50,977 nt of DNA from Girardia tigrina (GCA_001938485.1 MQRK01231771.1:3158-54134); one strand, 5' to 3'. Counted from the first letter of the stretch, positions 1 through 13,000 are shown. The notes: generated by a model from the sequence alone, not told the origin. Numbers and translations are program-made.

Positions 1-114
1 ATTATCAATTTAGAACGATGTCGAATGACGAGAGTTTTGCTGAGAGTTGTCCAAAAGACAATTCTGATTGTAATGAAAATAAAAGTTTGAAAAGCCATGT
101 TGGTGTTCTTAATA
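1..114. repeat. Bipartite interspersed repeat family, copy 1 (block B only; cut by window start)
   Basis: ATGTCGAATGACGAGAGTTTTGCTGAGAGTTGTCCAAAAGACAATTC...GGTGTTCTTAATA closely matches 1139-1235. Confidence 0.85.
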
Positions 115-740
115 ATATTTACTTTTTAAAACACAAATATTTAATCTTTAATCGTTAATCTGACTCCAATTAATCAGTAAGGATTTCCAACATATATAAA
201 TAATGAAGACAAATTCTTTTATGAAACTTTATTTTCAAATAATAAAAATTAACTCATCAAAAATAATAATAATTCAATTCTTTGATGACAGAACACAAAT
301 ACAAATCAATATTTCGAGCGAGTTAACAGATTACAGTAAAAACTGTGAATCTCCAAAACGAACGATAATTTTAAAATTAATTAAAACTTTTTTCTCCCAT
401 ATGGGATACTTATTGTTTTATACAAATTAAAAAAAATATATTAAAGAACAATTAGTAATTTTACTTGACTTCATTTTTTGTTTAGTCGTTAAAAGAATTT
501 TTTGGGCAAACTAAACTAAATTTGCTGTTGTTCATATAGTTCATGTAGTTCACATCAGCCTTGAAAATTGATCAAATAAAACAAAGACTAAAATATTTTT
601 AATTTTCAAATCCAAATTTTGTTAAACTAAATATTATTTTGTTTGAAATTAATTATTTTACCAAAAGAATTATTTTAAATTTTTTCTACATAAAATTTTG
701 TTAAAAGTGTTCACATGTATTTTTCGAAATCCTAACAGTA

Positions 741-1235
741 TGTTGAATTTTGTATGTTGAGTTTAGTGTTTGGAAATGTGTTTCTCCCACCCAGATGGAA
801 AATTGATATTTTAGATGTTCACGATGAATAATTATTCGAGTATAATTTGCATTTTAAGGTACAGCATAAGATATTTAAAAAACTTTGAAAATATAAAATC
901 GTTTCAAATTTTAATATTAAAAATTTAAATAAAGTAATTAATTTTTAACTAAGTTTTAAATTAAATAAAGTTCTTTATTTAAATAAAATCATTTTTAAAA
1001 TAAAATTAATATATAGATAAAATTATTAATAAAATTACAAAATTAGAACTGTAAAAAGAAAATCTGAAAATAATGGAAAATTTGTTTGAATAATTGTTTA
1101 TTAAAAAAACATTAACTAAAAATTATTAATTTAGAGCCATGTCGAATTACGAAAGCTTTGCTGAGAGTTGTCCAAAAGACAATTCAAATTGTATTGAAAA
1201 TAAAAGTTTTAAAACCCATGTTGGTGTTCTTAATA
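741..1235. repeat. Bipartite interspersed repeat family, copy 2 (full ~500 bp)
   Basis: Block A TGTTTCTCCCACCCAGATGGAAAATTGATAT, AT-rich spacer, block B ending TGTTCTTAATA; aligns by eye along its whole length with 50042-50540. Confidence 0.88.
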
Positions 1236-1299
1236 AATTTTATTATCTTTTTTTATCAAAAATACTTTATTATTTTAATCTTAATTGTGAGGAATATTT

Positions 1300-1517
1300 G
1301 AATGTTTGATGTTTTGTGTTTGAATGTGTATGTTGATTTGGAAATGTGTCTCTCCTACCAAGATGGATGATTAATATTTTAAAAAATAATGAGAATTAAT
1401 TCATAATTCAATTTTGTTTAGAATGCAAATGTACGAAAGTATTGACAAAGATTGTCTTAAGGACAATCAAAATTGTTGTTTAAATAAAAATATAAAGTCA
1501 AATTGGTGTTCTTAATA
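1300..1517. repeat. Bipartite interspersed repeat family, copy 3 (internally deleted, diverged)
   Basis: TGTCTCTCCTACCAAGATGGATGATTAATAT followed about 45 nt later by block B ending GGTGTTCTTAATA. Confidence 0.8.
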
Positions 1518-2427
1518 TTAATTATTTATATATAATTTATATTTAATAAAATAAAGGAGTAAATAATTCTATTTTACTCTGTTTAGTTAAAACAAGATTT
1601 TATAAAAATAATTTTATTAAATATTATATTAGACTCATCAATATCATAATTTGCACCATTACCCATTGTTAGGGGTTTTTTGGTGACTTTTAAAGTTTTG
1701 AATAATTAATTTATAATATCATATTGACAATTAAATAAGTGCAAATAATTTATTTATAAAATTTTTAAAAATAAATATTTCGGATTAATAATAATTCTAA
1801 TTAAATTTTAATTTATTAGACAAGACTTTTTGGAAATAAATAATTAGGAGTAATAAACATTGTGAATAAAATTAAGTTGTAAAATAAAAATTTTAATGTT
1901 TATTACATTTAATTTTAACTCGAAATTTTTATTCAAAAAATAATTATAATTAAATATTTTTTAAAAATTAATTTTAATTTAAAATGAAATTAAATTTAAT
2001 TTTAATAGTAGATGTACCATTCAAATATTTTGTTGGGATATCTAGGTCATTCTTTTATTTTAAACAGAAAATCAAAACAATAAGACTTTATTATTTAAAA
2101 ATATTTATTGTTATTCACAGGATGTACAAAATATTTGAATCAAAAATTATTTAGAGGACCTAACCTATTAATGAATTTGCATGTTGGATAGGAGAAGAAG
2201 CGATATTTCGCTTGCTGCCAGAATATTTTAAAGTATATAAAAATATATTACTAAATAAAATATATTCAATTTCAGTGGCTCGTACTTTGATCTTTAAAAT
2301 CTGTGATTGATCTATTATGGTTCTGCTTTTATATTGGTGAAAATTGTCTAATATGTGACACCTGGCAATATCCTCTCATGTCAAGAATAATTTGATTAAT
2401 AATCGCGCAGGTGACAGTACCACTTTA

Positions 2428-2527
2428 TTATTGACTTCTTTCGATATTAATAATCACGCAAGTTTATTGACTTCCTTCGATATTAATAATCACGTAAATT
2501 ACAAGAACACCTGTATTGACTTCCTTC
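2428..2527. repeat. 36-bp tandem repeat (2 copies plus a partial third)
   Basis: TTATTGACTTC(T/C)TTCGATATTAATAATCACG at 2428 and 2464; TATTGACTTCCTTC at 2514. Confidence 0.75.
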
Positions 2528-2984
2528 TGTACTTTTAAACTCTTAAAAAATCTTATTTCGATTAATTAAGGTCCGATAATCTAATAAGTATTTTTTGTTC
2601 ATTTTCTAATTTTTCCTCTTCTTTTTATAGTTCTTTCTTTTTATTTTTATATTCTTATTTACTTTTAAAAATAGTTTAATTGTCTTTCCATGATTAATAC
2701 TTCTTATTTTATTCTTGATTATTTGTCTTTTTACTTCTTTCTAATTTAATTATTTATATATAAATTATATTTAATTTGATAAAAAAGTAAATATTTCTAT
2801 TTAACTTTAATTAATTAAAAACAAATGCTTTTATTAATTATTATTTAAATACTTTCAAGTACTATATCCAACAATTTTAAAGATTTAAAATCATATTTAA
2901 GTTAAATGGTTTTAAATAAATAATATTGAAATACCATCATCTAAATAATTTTAAATTAATAGAAATCGCTGTAATTTAACTAAA

Positions 2985-3425
2985 ATGGTGTTTACTGTGT
3001 GTTGTTTGGTATGTTATTTTACGATTGTGTTTCTCCCACCCAGACGGAAGATTGATATCTTAAATATTTTAAAACGTCGAGTTACTTAATCAATTATTAA
3101 AAGTTAAATAATCACTTTAAAATTAAACTAATATTTCATAAATAACATTTTAATAATAATTTCTTAAAATAAATAAAAATTATTTTAAATTTCAATTATA
3201 AATAATTTTCGTAATAATTAAATTATAATTTAAAGTATAATTTATTTTTGTAATGATTAAATTGTTTTTAAATTTGTTTGAATAATAAGACGTTAAAGAA
3301 TATTATTAAAGATTATCAACCAAGAACGATGACGAGCTACGCAAGTTTTACGGAGAATTCTTGTAGTGACAATTCAAATTGTGATAATAATAAATGTAAA
3401 GGAAACTCAATTAATGTTCTTAATA
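2985..3425. repeat. Bipartite interspersed repeat family, copy 4 (diverged)
   Basis: TGTTTCTCCCACCCAGACGGAAGATTGATAT ... GACAATTCAAATTGT ... TGTTCTTAATA. Confidence 0.82.
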
Positions 3426-3997
3426 AAAATAAAACAGTAATTATGTAGATTTTTATAATTTATTTTAAAGATTTTTATAAAATATATAGGTAATCAAAAA
3501 ATAATAAATTTAATTTTTAATTAACGTTTTTAATAAATAACTTATCAGTATTACAATCCAGTTTTTTATGTATGGTCAAAAGAAAACAAAAGAAAGTTCC
3601 TAAATAAAAATTAATTGAAATAATTGTTATTGTTATAGAAATAAAATTTTGGTTTTAATAATTCTAATATTGATTAAGAACCCAACCCCCATTCTTATCA
3701 AATTTTATGTAAAATTAATTTTAAAAATGCAAATATTAGTGATTATCAAATATATTTTAATACAAAAAAGTTTAAAGTTAGAAAGTTATTTCGACATTAA
3801 TTAAAAAATTAAATCTATATGTGTATATTATTATATCATTTGATAGACAAAAATATAATAAGTTAATAAAGTAGTTTCCAAAATTTTCGAAATTTAATTA
3901 GTAAGCATAAAAAAACTAATAATGGGCTCTATTTAGTCTGGTAAACATTGTCACACGTAATTTGTTTAAATTGATGATCGAATTGCGAATATTTTAA

Positions 3998-4014
3998 ATG
4001 TATCGCAAATTCAA
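3998..4014 (+). CDS. MCCC2: MCC-beta-like coding exon 1 (17 nt, MYRKF+AA); start of probable mitochondrial presequence
   Basis: ATG at 3998; 64-nt intron GTATTG...TTTTTCCTCCCACAG (4015-4078, phase 2) restores frame to give [18 protein letters not shown], a basic N-terminus without acidic residues. The ORF track start at 4086 is only a TTG. Confidence 0.7.
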
Positions 4015-7000
4015 GTATTGTTATTTTTCCAAAAACCGATTTCTTGTCAACATAACACTGGAATTTTTCCTCCCACAGCAATATTTTGATTGTGTTTCAA
4101 AAATTCCGGTTCTGCACGCTCCTCGACGGCAATGTCAACAAAACCGACGTTCATTTCGTCAATAGCAAATTGAAATCGTTAAACCTACAAAAGGAACTCA
4201 TGAAAATCCAATCGAAAATCAATGAAGGCGGCGGCGAGAGAGCGCGCCACAGACACGTGCATCAGCACAACAAATTGCTGGTCGAGGATCGATTGCGTCT
4301 GCTGCTGGACGAGGGCGGATGGCTGGAGATCGGGCGGCACGCGGGCTGGGGGCTCGAGTACGGGGACGTGCCGCGCGCAGGCGCCGTCACGGGTCTGGGC
4401 AGGATCTGCGGCAGACTGTGTGCAGTGCTCGCGTCAGACGCCACCGTGAAGGGGGGCGCCGTCTATCCCGTGCTTATCGACAAGCAGCTGCGACTGATGG
4501 CGCTGGCGAGCGCGCTGCGAGTGCCGCTGGTGCTGGTCGTGGACTCCGGGGGCGCTTACCTGCCTCTGCAGGTGAGATTGGAGGGTGTTTGGGGCGATGC
4601 GCGCTGGACTCCCTCTTGTGTCGTGTTGGGTGCTGCTTACTGATCGAGTAATTGACTGTGTCTGCGTGCCGGCGATTGCCGATTGCCGTACTTGAATTAT
4701 TATTATTCAATTATTCACTAATTTTATATATTAACAATTGTTTTTGCTAATTAAATATTATTTATTTTTGAATAATCGATTATGCAATATTATATTTGAA
4801 TATCTTATGAATTATTCATTATACTTGGAGTAATTAAAAATTAAATAATTATATTTTATTGCATTTTAATTATTTATTAATTAAATATTATTTATTTTTG
4901 AATTATTTATTATGTATTAATATATTTTAATTATTTATAAAATATTTATTATATTTAGATTAATTAAAAATTAAATATTATTTATTAAAAATTAAATAAT
5001 TATTATATTTTATTGCATTTTAATTATTTATTAATTAAATATTATTTATTTATTATTTTTAATTAATTAATTTTGAATAATTATTATTGATACGGAATTT
5101 ATTTTGTATTATATATGAACAATTATATTTCTACTATTTGTTAATTATTTATTAAATATTATATATAAAGAATTATTTATNNNNNNNNNNNNNNNNNNNN
5201 NNNNNNNNNNNNNNNNNNNNNNNNNNNNNNNNNNNNNNNNNNNNNNNNNNNNNNNNNNNNNNNNNNNNNNNNNNNNNNNNNNNNNNNNNNNNNNNNNNNN
5301 NNNNNNNNNNNNNNNNNNNNNNNNNNNNNNNNNNNNNNNNNNNNNNNNNNNNNNNNNNNNNNNNNNNNNNNNNNNNNNNNNNNNNNNNNNNNNNNNNNNN
5401 NNNNNNNNNNNNNNNNNNNNNNNNNNNNNNNNNNNNNNNNNNNNNNNNNNNNNNNNNNNNNNNNNNNNNNNNNNNNNNNNNNNNNNNNNNNNNNNNNNNN
5501 NNNNNNNNNNNNNNNNNNNNNNNNNNNNNNNNNNNNNNNNNNNNNNNNNNNNNNNNNNNNNNNNNNNNNNNNNNNNNNNNNNNNNNNNNNNNNNNNNNNN
5601 NNNNNNNNNNNNNNNNNNNNNNNNNNNNNNNNNNNNNNNNNNNNNNNNNNNNNNNNNNNNNNNNNNNNNNNNNNNNNNNNNNNNNNNNNNNNNNNNNNNN
5701 NNNNNNNNNNNNNNNNNNNNNNNNNNNNNNNNNNNNNNNNNNNNNNNNNNNNNNNNNNNNNNNNNNNNNNNNNNNNNNNNNNNNNNNNNNNNNNNNNNNN
5801 NNNNNNNNNNNNNNNTTATTTATTAAAAATTCAATAATTATTATATTTTATTGCATTTTAATTATTTAATTAAATATTATTAATTAATTATTTTTAATTA
5901 ATTATTAATTAATTTTGAATAATTATTATTGATAAGGAATTTATTTTTTATTATATATGAACAATTATATTTCTACTATTTGTTAATTATTTATTAAATA
6001 TTATATATAAAGAATTATTTATTAATTAAATATTATTTATTTTTGAATTATTTATTATACTTTGATTAATTAAAAATTTAATATTATTTATTAAAAATTC
6101 ATTAATTATTATATAGTATTTTAATTATTTCTTGCTAATTATTATTTATGAATTATTTACTAATTAATTAATAATTATTATTTATAAGGAATTTATTCTT
6201 TATTATACTTGAACTATTATATTATAATTATTTAATTATTATATGTTAAGAATTATTTATTAATTGTTTTTTGAATAATTTTTATATATTACTTATTACA
6301 TTTGAACTATTGCATTTTAATTATTTCATATTTATTATAAAATAAGAATTATTTATTAATTAAATATTATTAATTAATTGTTTTTTTTGATAATTTTTTT
6401 AATTATTATTTATTAAGAATTTATTAATTGGTATATTTGATATATGATATTTTAATTATTTACTAATTATCATATATTAAGAATTATTTATTTATTAAAT
6501 ATTATTTTTTAATAATTTATTAATCATCATATTTTACATATTTTTTATTTCTTACTAATTATTATATGCCAAGACAAATTTTGAAACCAGCTCAAGTTTA
6601 TTAGTGTCGCAGCTTTAACTGCCATCATCAGAACATCTAATTTTTACAAACGAAAGTTACTTACGATCGAAATCGCGTAATCTGGATCTCTTGACCTTAA
6701 TAATTTGTCCGGATTGCACAAATCACTGGGAATCACTCTCCAATAGCGAAAGAAAGAAATTTATGCTAACAAGACATTTAATAAATGAAGCTAAATAGAT
6801 AAACTACTGCATCCATTCATGTCTTATTGCACATTATTCCCTCGTGTGAAAGAATTCAGTTATTTTTGGTTGTCTGTTTGTGTTTACCCATTGGAGCAAT
6901 AGATCTTCACTCAGATTTTCAACAGTATAGAGATAATATTGACTAAGAAGCGCTGTGCTGTTCGCAGTGCTTCAGCAGTTTCCTGTCGAGTGGGAACACT

Positions 7001-10000
7001 CATTTTCCTGATCATTTGTTGGTGCCGAGTTGACACATTCCACCATCTCCATGTCGGATAATCCCGCAGTAATTGTAGTATTGCACTTCCACTGATATTG
7101 GCATTGTTAGAAGAACACTGAACTCCAGACAGTACCGATTTATTCATTCAATAAAAATCGGTTATCTCTTTTACATCGGCATCTGGAACACTTTATAGAC
7201 TGAATTTATAATAATAGCCGATCTCTCTTGTATTTAAATTTTTAATTTAACTATTGTTCAATTTAATTATTCTTGATAAATTATCTCGAAGATAAATTAC
7301 CAATTCGGCAATTATTTTTGGGAGAGACGACACGCTCACATCATACAGGACTTCCTCACAGACATAAGTTCACGTGATCTGTCAAACATATTGACATCTC
7401 CCAGGTTGGTAACTGGCGTCATTACTAACGGATAACATCAAATAGTAGGTGGACATGAAATAGTAGGTGTAACGAAGTTTTCAAAAAATTTTCCACCTAC
7501 TATTAAAATAGTAGGTGGAATCAAATAGTAGGTGTATCGTTTTTAAAGCAATTTATAATATATATTGATGTGTATGGTGAACGTTTTGTAAAAAAGTATT
7601 TGTCGGAATCCCAAAAAGAAACTGATCACAGTGATAGTGAAGAAATATTAACTGATGATGCTTTTATTATCTATGATGAATAANNNNNNNNNNNNNNNNN
7701 NNNNNNNNNNNNNNNNNNNNNNNNNNNNNNNNNGACAAGTTCAAAACAAAAGCACCAAATAGTAGGTGTAAACCAATATTGGGCGCCTTTTCAATTTTTT
7801 TTCCACCTACTATTAAAATAGTAGGTGTCCTACTATTTCATGTTATCCGTAACGTCTGAGTTAGCTGCATTGACACGGAATCCTACATGTTTAAAGCAGT
7901 TGATTATAGTGTCCTGAGAAACTGCTCTCCCCGCTTTCTTTAGATAATTAAGAGCATCCAGAAGAGATAATTGAAAATCCATTTTAACGAGCTTTTGTGG
8001 TACATGCACTTCATCAATATAATAATACCAGTATATAATGGCCGTGTCCTTGATGTTGTGTTGGGTGGAAGGAAATAGAGTTCCTCATTTGTAAAGTTGG
8101 ATACAAAACTTAGTTTTCTGAAGTACATTTTCAGAAAATGTTGCTCTACAATGTTTAAAAAATACAATCTAGACAATTTAATTTCTTCACTTTTACTAGA
8201 AAATTCATCTGAATTATATAGTACAGTCAGAGATTATGTAATCAATATATTAATTTTGCGTCATTTAAAAACTCCCAACAAAGTTGTAGAGAATGCAGTT
8301 TGAACGTTAATTCTAGGATCCATAGATCTTATATTTAACGCTTCGCATGTCAATTTCTCCCAATAATTCTTAAATAGAGAGCACATAATCTTGAAGTGTT
8401 GTGAATTTATGTCTCATCTACAATGTCTTCTATGTCCTCCAATGTTACTTCCACCTTCATTAATACTAAGTTCCTGGATTCTCTTACAAGGAGGACGTAA
8501 ATTCTCCAATGTATGTGGCATTACACCCGTTAACATGTGTATTGGTGAATAATTTCTACAAAACTAGGTTAACTGGTTAACTACAATTCAGCTACCAATG
8601 AGCCTAGTTTTAACTATAAAAAATAAATAAAATAATAACAAAATTATATTAAACATAACAAACTACAAAAATTATCAACAGATCAAAACAATCCTTTGTT
8701 ATCGCGATTCATCATTTTCTTGAGATTAATGAATAAGATCACCACAAGAAAAATCTGTTATATATTCCCATAGATTTTTTTTCTTTTTGATCAATTCTAA
8801 ATATTATTTTTAATAATATTTTATTGAGGAGGGGGAGGGAAAATAATTCTTTCTACTCTGACATGGGAAATGATCCTCTAATCTTTTCATTTGCTTTCTT
8901 ATTTAACTTTAATTTCTCTGGCTTTCCTTTCTTTCATTCTCATTTTATTCTCCATCGTATATCAAATGACGCCAAACAATAATAATAATACACAAAAAAT
9001 ATCACCATCCAAACACAATTTTTTACAAATGAAAAAACAGAAAGGATTTACCAAGATCCGAACACAATCCTAATGGTGTTGGGGATTTATTGCCCGTACT
9101 CAAGAAATGAAGATATGTTTTTAAATGGTGTACTGAGGACGTATTGATTATATAATCACTAACTGCACTATGCAAGTAACTTTCGTTTGAAAAAATCAGT
9201 CGATAAGGATAAAACATTCGAAATACCACAATTCTTCTTTTTGTCTTTCTGTTATATTAGTTGGTTTCGAATTATACTTTGTTGAATAATATTAATTTTC
9301 TTATTTCGAATTTTGTCCCAATCGCTAAAGAGAAGAATTTGTCAGTGGAGTTTTTACCACCAACTGAATTATTGTTCTTTTTACGATAATACAGTATTAT
9401 TTATTTTTTATTGATAAATAACTATTACATATTTTTTGTTAATTATTATTACTCAACGATGAATATCGTTATAATTTTATTTATACGTAATATTAATTAG
9501 TATGCACGAGATAATATAATCAGGGGTGAGAAGTAAGGTCCAGCTTTATCGGTCCACTGATTTAAGATTGTAAATGCATGTAAACAATATATCTGCCTTT
9601 TGGTTTGGAGATAGGTTTGTTTACTTTATCTTCACTTAGGGTTTAGTTGTCCCATTATATTTTATATATTGTCCCATCCGATTTTCAGATTTCCCTAAAG
9701 ATTGAACGAAAGAACAAACTCATTTAAAGTTGTTATGTTCGATTAGGATATTAGATTCGTTTAGAATATCAGAATTCATAACTCAACAAAATATTTATTC
9801 TATAACAATAACAATTATTAATACAAATCTGATGAAAAATGTTTTCTAAATTCTTTGCACCCACTAGGGAATCCAAATCTCGGATTTAGGTATCCCGGGA
9901 TTACGTAAATTTTTTTAAATTAAATTTTTAATCTAGTTATAATTTTAATTATTTTAATATACATATATTTTTTTAAAATAAAATTTTGATATTTTATTTG

Positions 10001-13000
10001 AAATCTAAAACAAGAAACATTAATACAACTAAAAGTCATGATATATTTATTTATTTAAGATATTCTAAGATCACTGACCATTTTGGCAATAATGTCGTAA
10101 CAAGGTCGACTTAAATAGAGCTTTATCGAAAAGTAGGGATCTTAGTTTTGTCAAAAAGCAGTCCATTCACATAAATACTCTTTCCGCCTCGACACTTGTT
10201 GGAGGTATGTTCATAAGACCTTTGTACAAAATTTCCAGAAGCTTCCCTCTGATCGACGACGCGGAAAAATTCGAGTTCTCCCAATTTGACATTCTATTGA
10301 TGCTGTCTGTTTTCTTCCTTCCTTTTCATTTGACCCACTGTCACATTTCTGCAAGGCTTCCTTCAAACTTTCTTTAATGTCACTTAACTTCTTTTCTTCA
10401 GTTAACATATAATTTTCATTTTCCCAATCAATGACGATATTTAATTTGTTAGCGAGGCTAATGAATACATATTTCTTGACATTTATTTCGGTGGCTGTAT
10501 CTACGTGTTCACCACACCTAATATATTTTACTGCTAAAGATATCGTTGTTAACCTTTCTGCCATGCGATTCTGCAATGCACTAGGTATGTAGATAAAATC
10601 TTTTTTAAAAAATTAAAATCATTTTTTAATAAAATAAAATTATGAAATTTTTGTCTTATTATTGATTTTTTTTAATTCACTTTGATATCGAATAATTTAA
10701 ATTTTTGAAAAAAGTTACATAAATTTTGAATCTCTGGATCCCAGGATTGAAACCCCTAACACCCATCAGATATAATAAAATATAAATTATAAATAATTGA
10801 TAATAATTAAATTTAAATTCCAATCAAAGATCCAAAGAACACTAAGTCGTTTTTTTTCAAAATTAAATTTGAAAAGAACAATCACTTTAATCAAAACCCT
10901 TTCACAAAAAATCAGTCACTTTAAAATTAGTTTCTCAAAAATTATTCAACAATCTCGTAAAAAATAATTTTAACTTTGTTTTCTAACAAAACATATCGAA
11001 CAATAATTCGTGGAAAAAATGAATTCGTTAAATTAATAATTATATCGTTAAACAAAAAAGATATCGTTCAATAATTCGTTAACAATCGTATCATTAACAA
11101 AATTCAAAATCGTTAAATGCTGAAAATCTCACAATAAATATTGCAGTTTTTTTAATTTTTAATTATTTTTTTTAATTATGGCATAACGGGATTATGACAT
11201 AACGGAAAGTGACCGTATAATCTTCATTGTCAATCCAAGAAAATATACATAAGAAAAAATATTTAACAATAAAGCTTAAATATGCATTGAATGAATAATT
11301 ATGTAATTTACATCTTGTCTATATAAGCAGATTCAAAATTCATATTTTCTTAATCACTTGACAATGGGGTCTAGGTTAATTCACCGAAAATCAATTCACC
11401 GAATGACAATTTATTAAAAATAAATTTTAGAACGATACATTTATTGAAAACACGATTTTAGAATAAGACATTTTTGAACAACTTTTCGAAATCACACCAC
11501 ACATTCTTTTTAATGAATAATTACTATCCAATATTATGTGCAACTTCACGCAATTATTCAGAAATGCTAACATTTTGATTCAACCCGGCAACAACGTTTC
11601 TCAACCTTTCTGCACTATCCCGATATTTTTTTTCTTTGACAAGGAGGTTCCTGGCTATGAGTACCTCGTTCAGACTTCTTTTTTGATAACGGAAAAAAAT
11701 TTCCAGATATTGGGATGGCTTACAGATATTAGTTGCTGGAATCCTCTGTGCCATCCTTGGATATTGTTGTTGGTTTTGGGAAGCCCTTGAAAAACACCAT
11801 CAATTAATTTCATTTTTTTCTAAATTAATTCGTTTTTGTTAATTATAATCGAATTTTTTTCGAAAAATCGATTCCATGTTGTAGTGATCATAATTTCTCC
11901 CTTTAAAATTGTACAAATGCATTCATTAAAAATCCAGAAATAAAATAAAATTCTAAATGATTTTTTAATAAAACTAAATTCAATTAAGTCTTAAAATTAT
12001 TCGTTTTTCGTCATCGTTATAAAAAATCATTAAAATAAATTTTTTTTCGAAAAACAGATCAATAAGAAATGCTTGAATTGATTTTTGGTGAACTCATCGG
12101 CTCCCCTGACAATGACGGTTATACTGTCGAAATAAATTGTCCTCGATAATAACATTTTTTTCATAAATTGTGTTTGTGTTATTTTATTGTTATTTTTAAT
12201 TTGATTTTTAATAATTTTTATAGACACTAAAAGCTTAATTATTAAACAAAATATGTTCTTAAATTATCAAAAATGTAAAAATGTTTATAAAAAGTCATAA
12301 AGGGCCTTGTTCGTGAATGTGTTTATTGGAAAACTATACCAGACTATGTATTCAGTCAAAACTTACTCAATAAGTTAATCAAGTAATCTATATAAGTTGA
12401 TCATAATTCTATTTTTGCAGATAATTTTTTTTTAAAAATTTCTTTTCTTGAAAAATAATTAAAAAATTATTTCAAAATAATGACAAAGAAAAAATGTTTT
12501 AAAAATTTTTTGTTGGCGCCAGCATGGAAGAGTTTTATGTCCACTTCTAAATGTGTTTCAGAATTTATTATGACTATGCTTGTAATGGTTTATTTTACTT
12601 ATATTAGAACAGTTTTCTTAGACATAAATAGTAAACAATTCTGTACCTTATCTCTAATCCTAATTATAACTTTGACTGTAACCATAGATCGCAAGAATAG
12701 TTAAGTTGTTTTACTGCCTTTATACTCTGAAATCAGTGCGGACCCTTAACCAAATTAATCCGTGTGAATAAACAGTAATAATTCTATTAACAATTTTCCT
12801 CTCAGTCTGAAATATTCCCTGATCGCGACCATGGAGGCCGAATATTCTTCAGTCAGGCACAGTTGCAGAGTCGCGGTATCCCTGTGGTGAGATTTTGTTT
12901 AACTGTACACAATAAGCTTGCTTTAATTTGAAATTATTATTTTTTTAATTCTTTTATATCGTCTCTTGATGTTCACGTTATTCTTTATGACAAGGAACAT

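Noticed and set aside
203-430. This and most other 60-100 aa I/K/F/N-rich ORFs in the track
   Set aside because: Composition reflects AT-rich non-coding DNA, many start at TTG/GTG or cross N gaps or microsatellites, and none has a recognisable motif.
525-690. Possible sixth, very decayed copy of the bipartite repeat (GAAAATTGAT, CCAAAAGA)
   Set aside because: Matches too short for AT-rich DNA and the TGTTCTTAATA end is absent.
2110-2390. Exon-like block (CACAG|GATG...W..EEAIFRLLPEYFK|GT)
   Set aside because: Stops in all frames and no confident family match; could be a Harbinger-like relic but is unsupported.
4572-4643. C-terminal VRLEGVWG... of ORF 4086-4643
   Set aside because: Read-through into the intron; similarity stops at LPLQ with a GTGAGA donor.
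4222-4710. Four alternative-frame/antisense ORFs overlapping exon 2
   Set aside because: Expected by-product of local GC richness (few stop codons); only the carboxyl-transferase frame has motifs.
7429-7540. AAATAGTAGGTG repeats (also the 36-bp repeats at 2428 and 15-bp repeats at 32220) as CRISPR-like arrays
   Set aside because: Eukaryotic intronic context, mixed orientation or contiguous units, no regular unique spacers, no cas genes.
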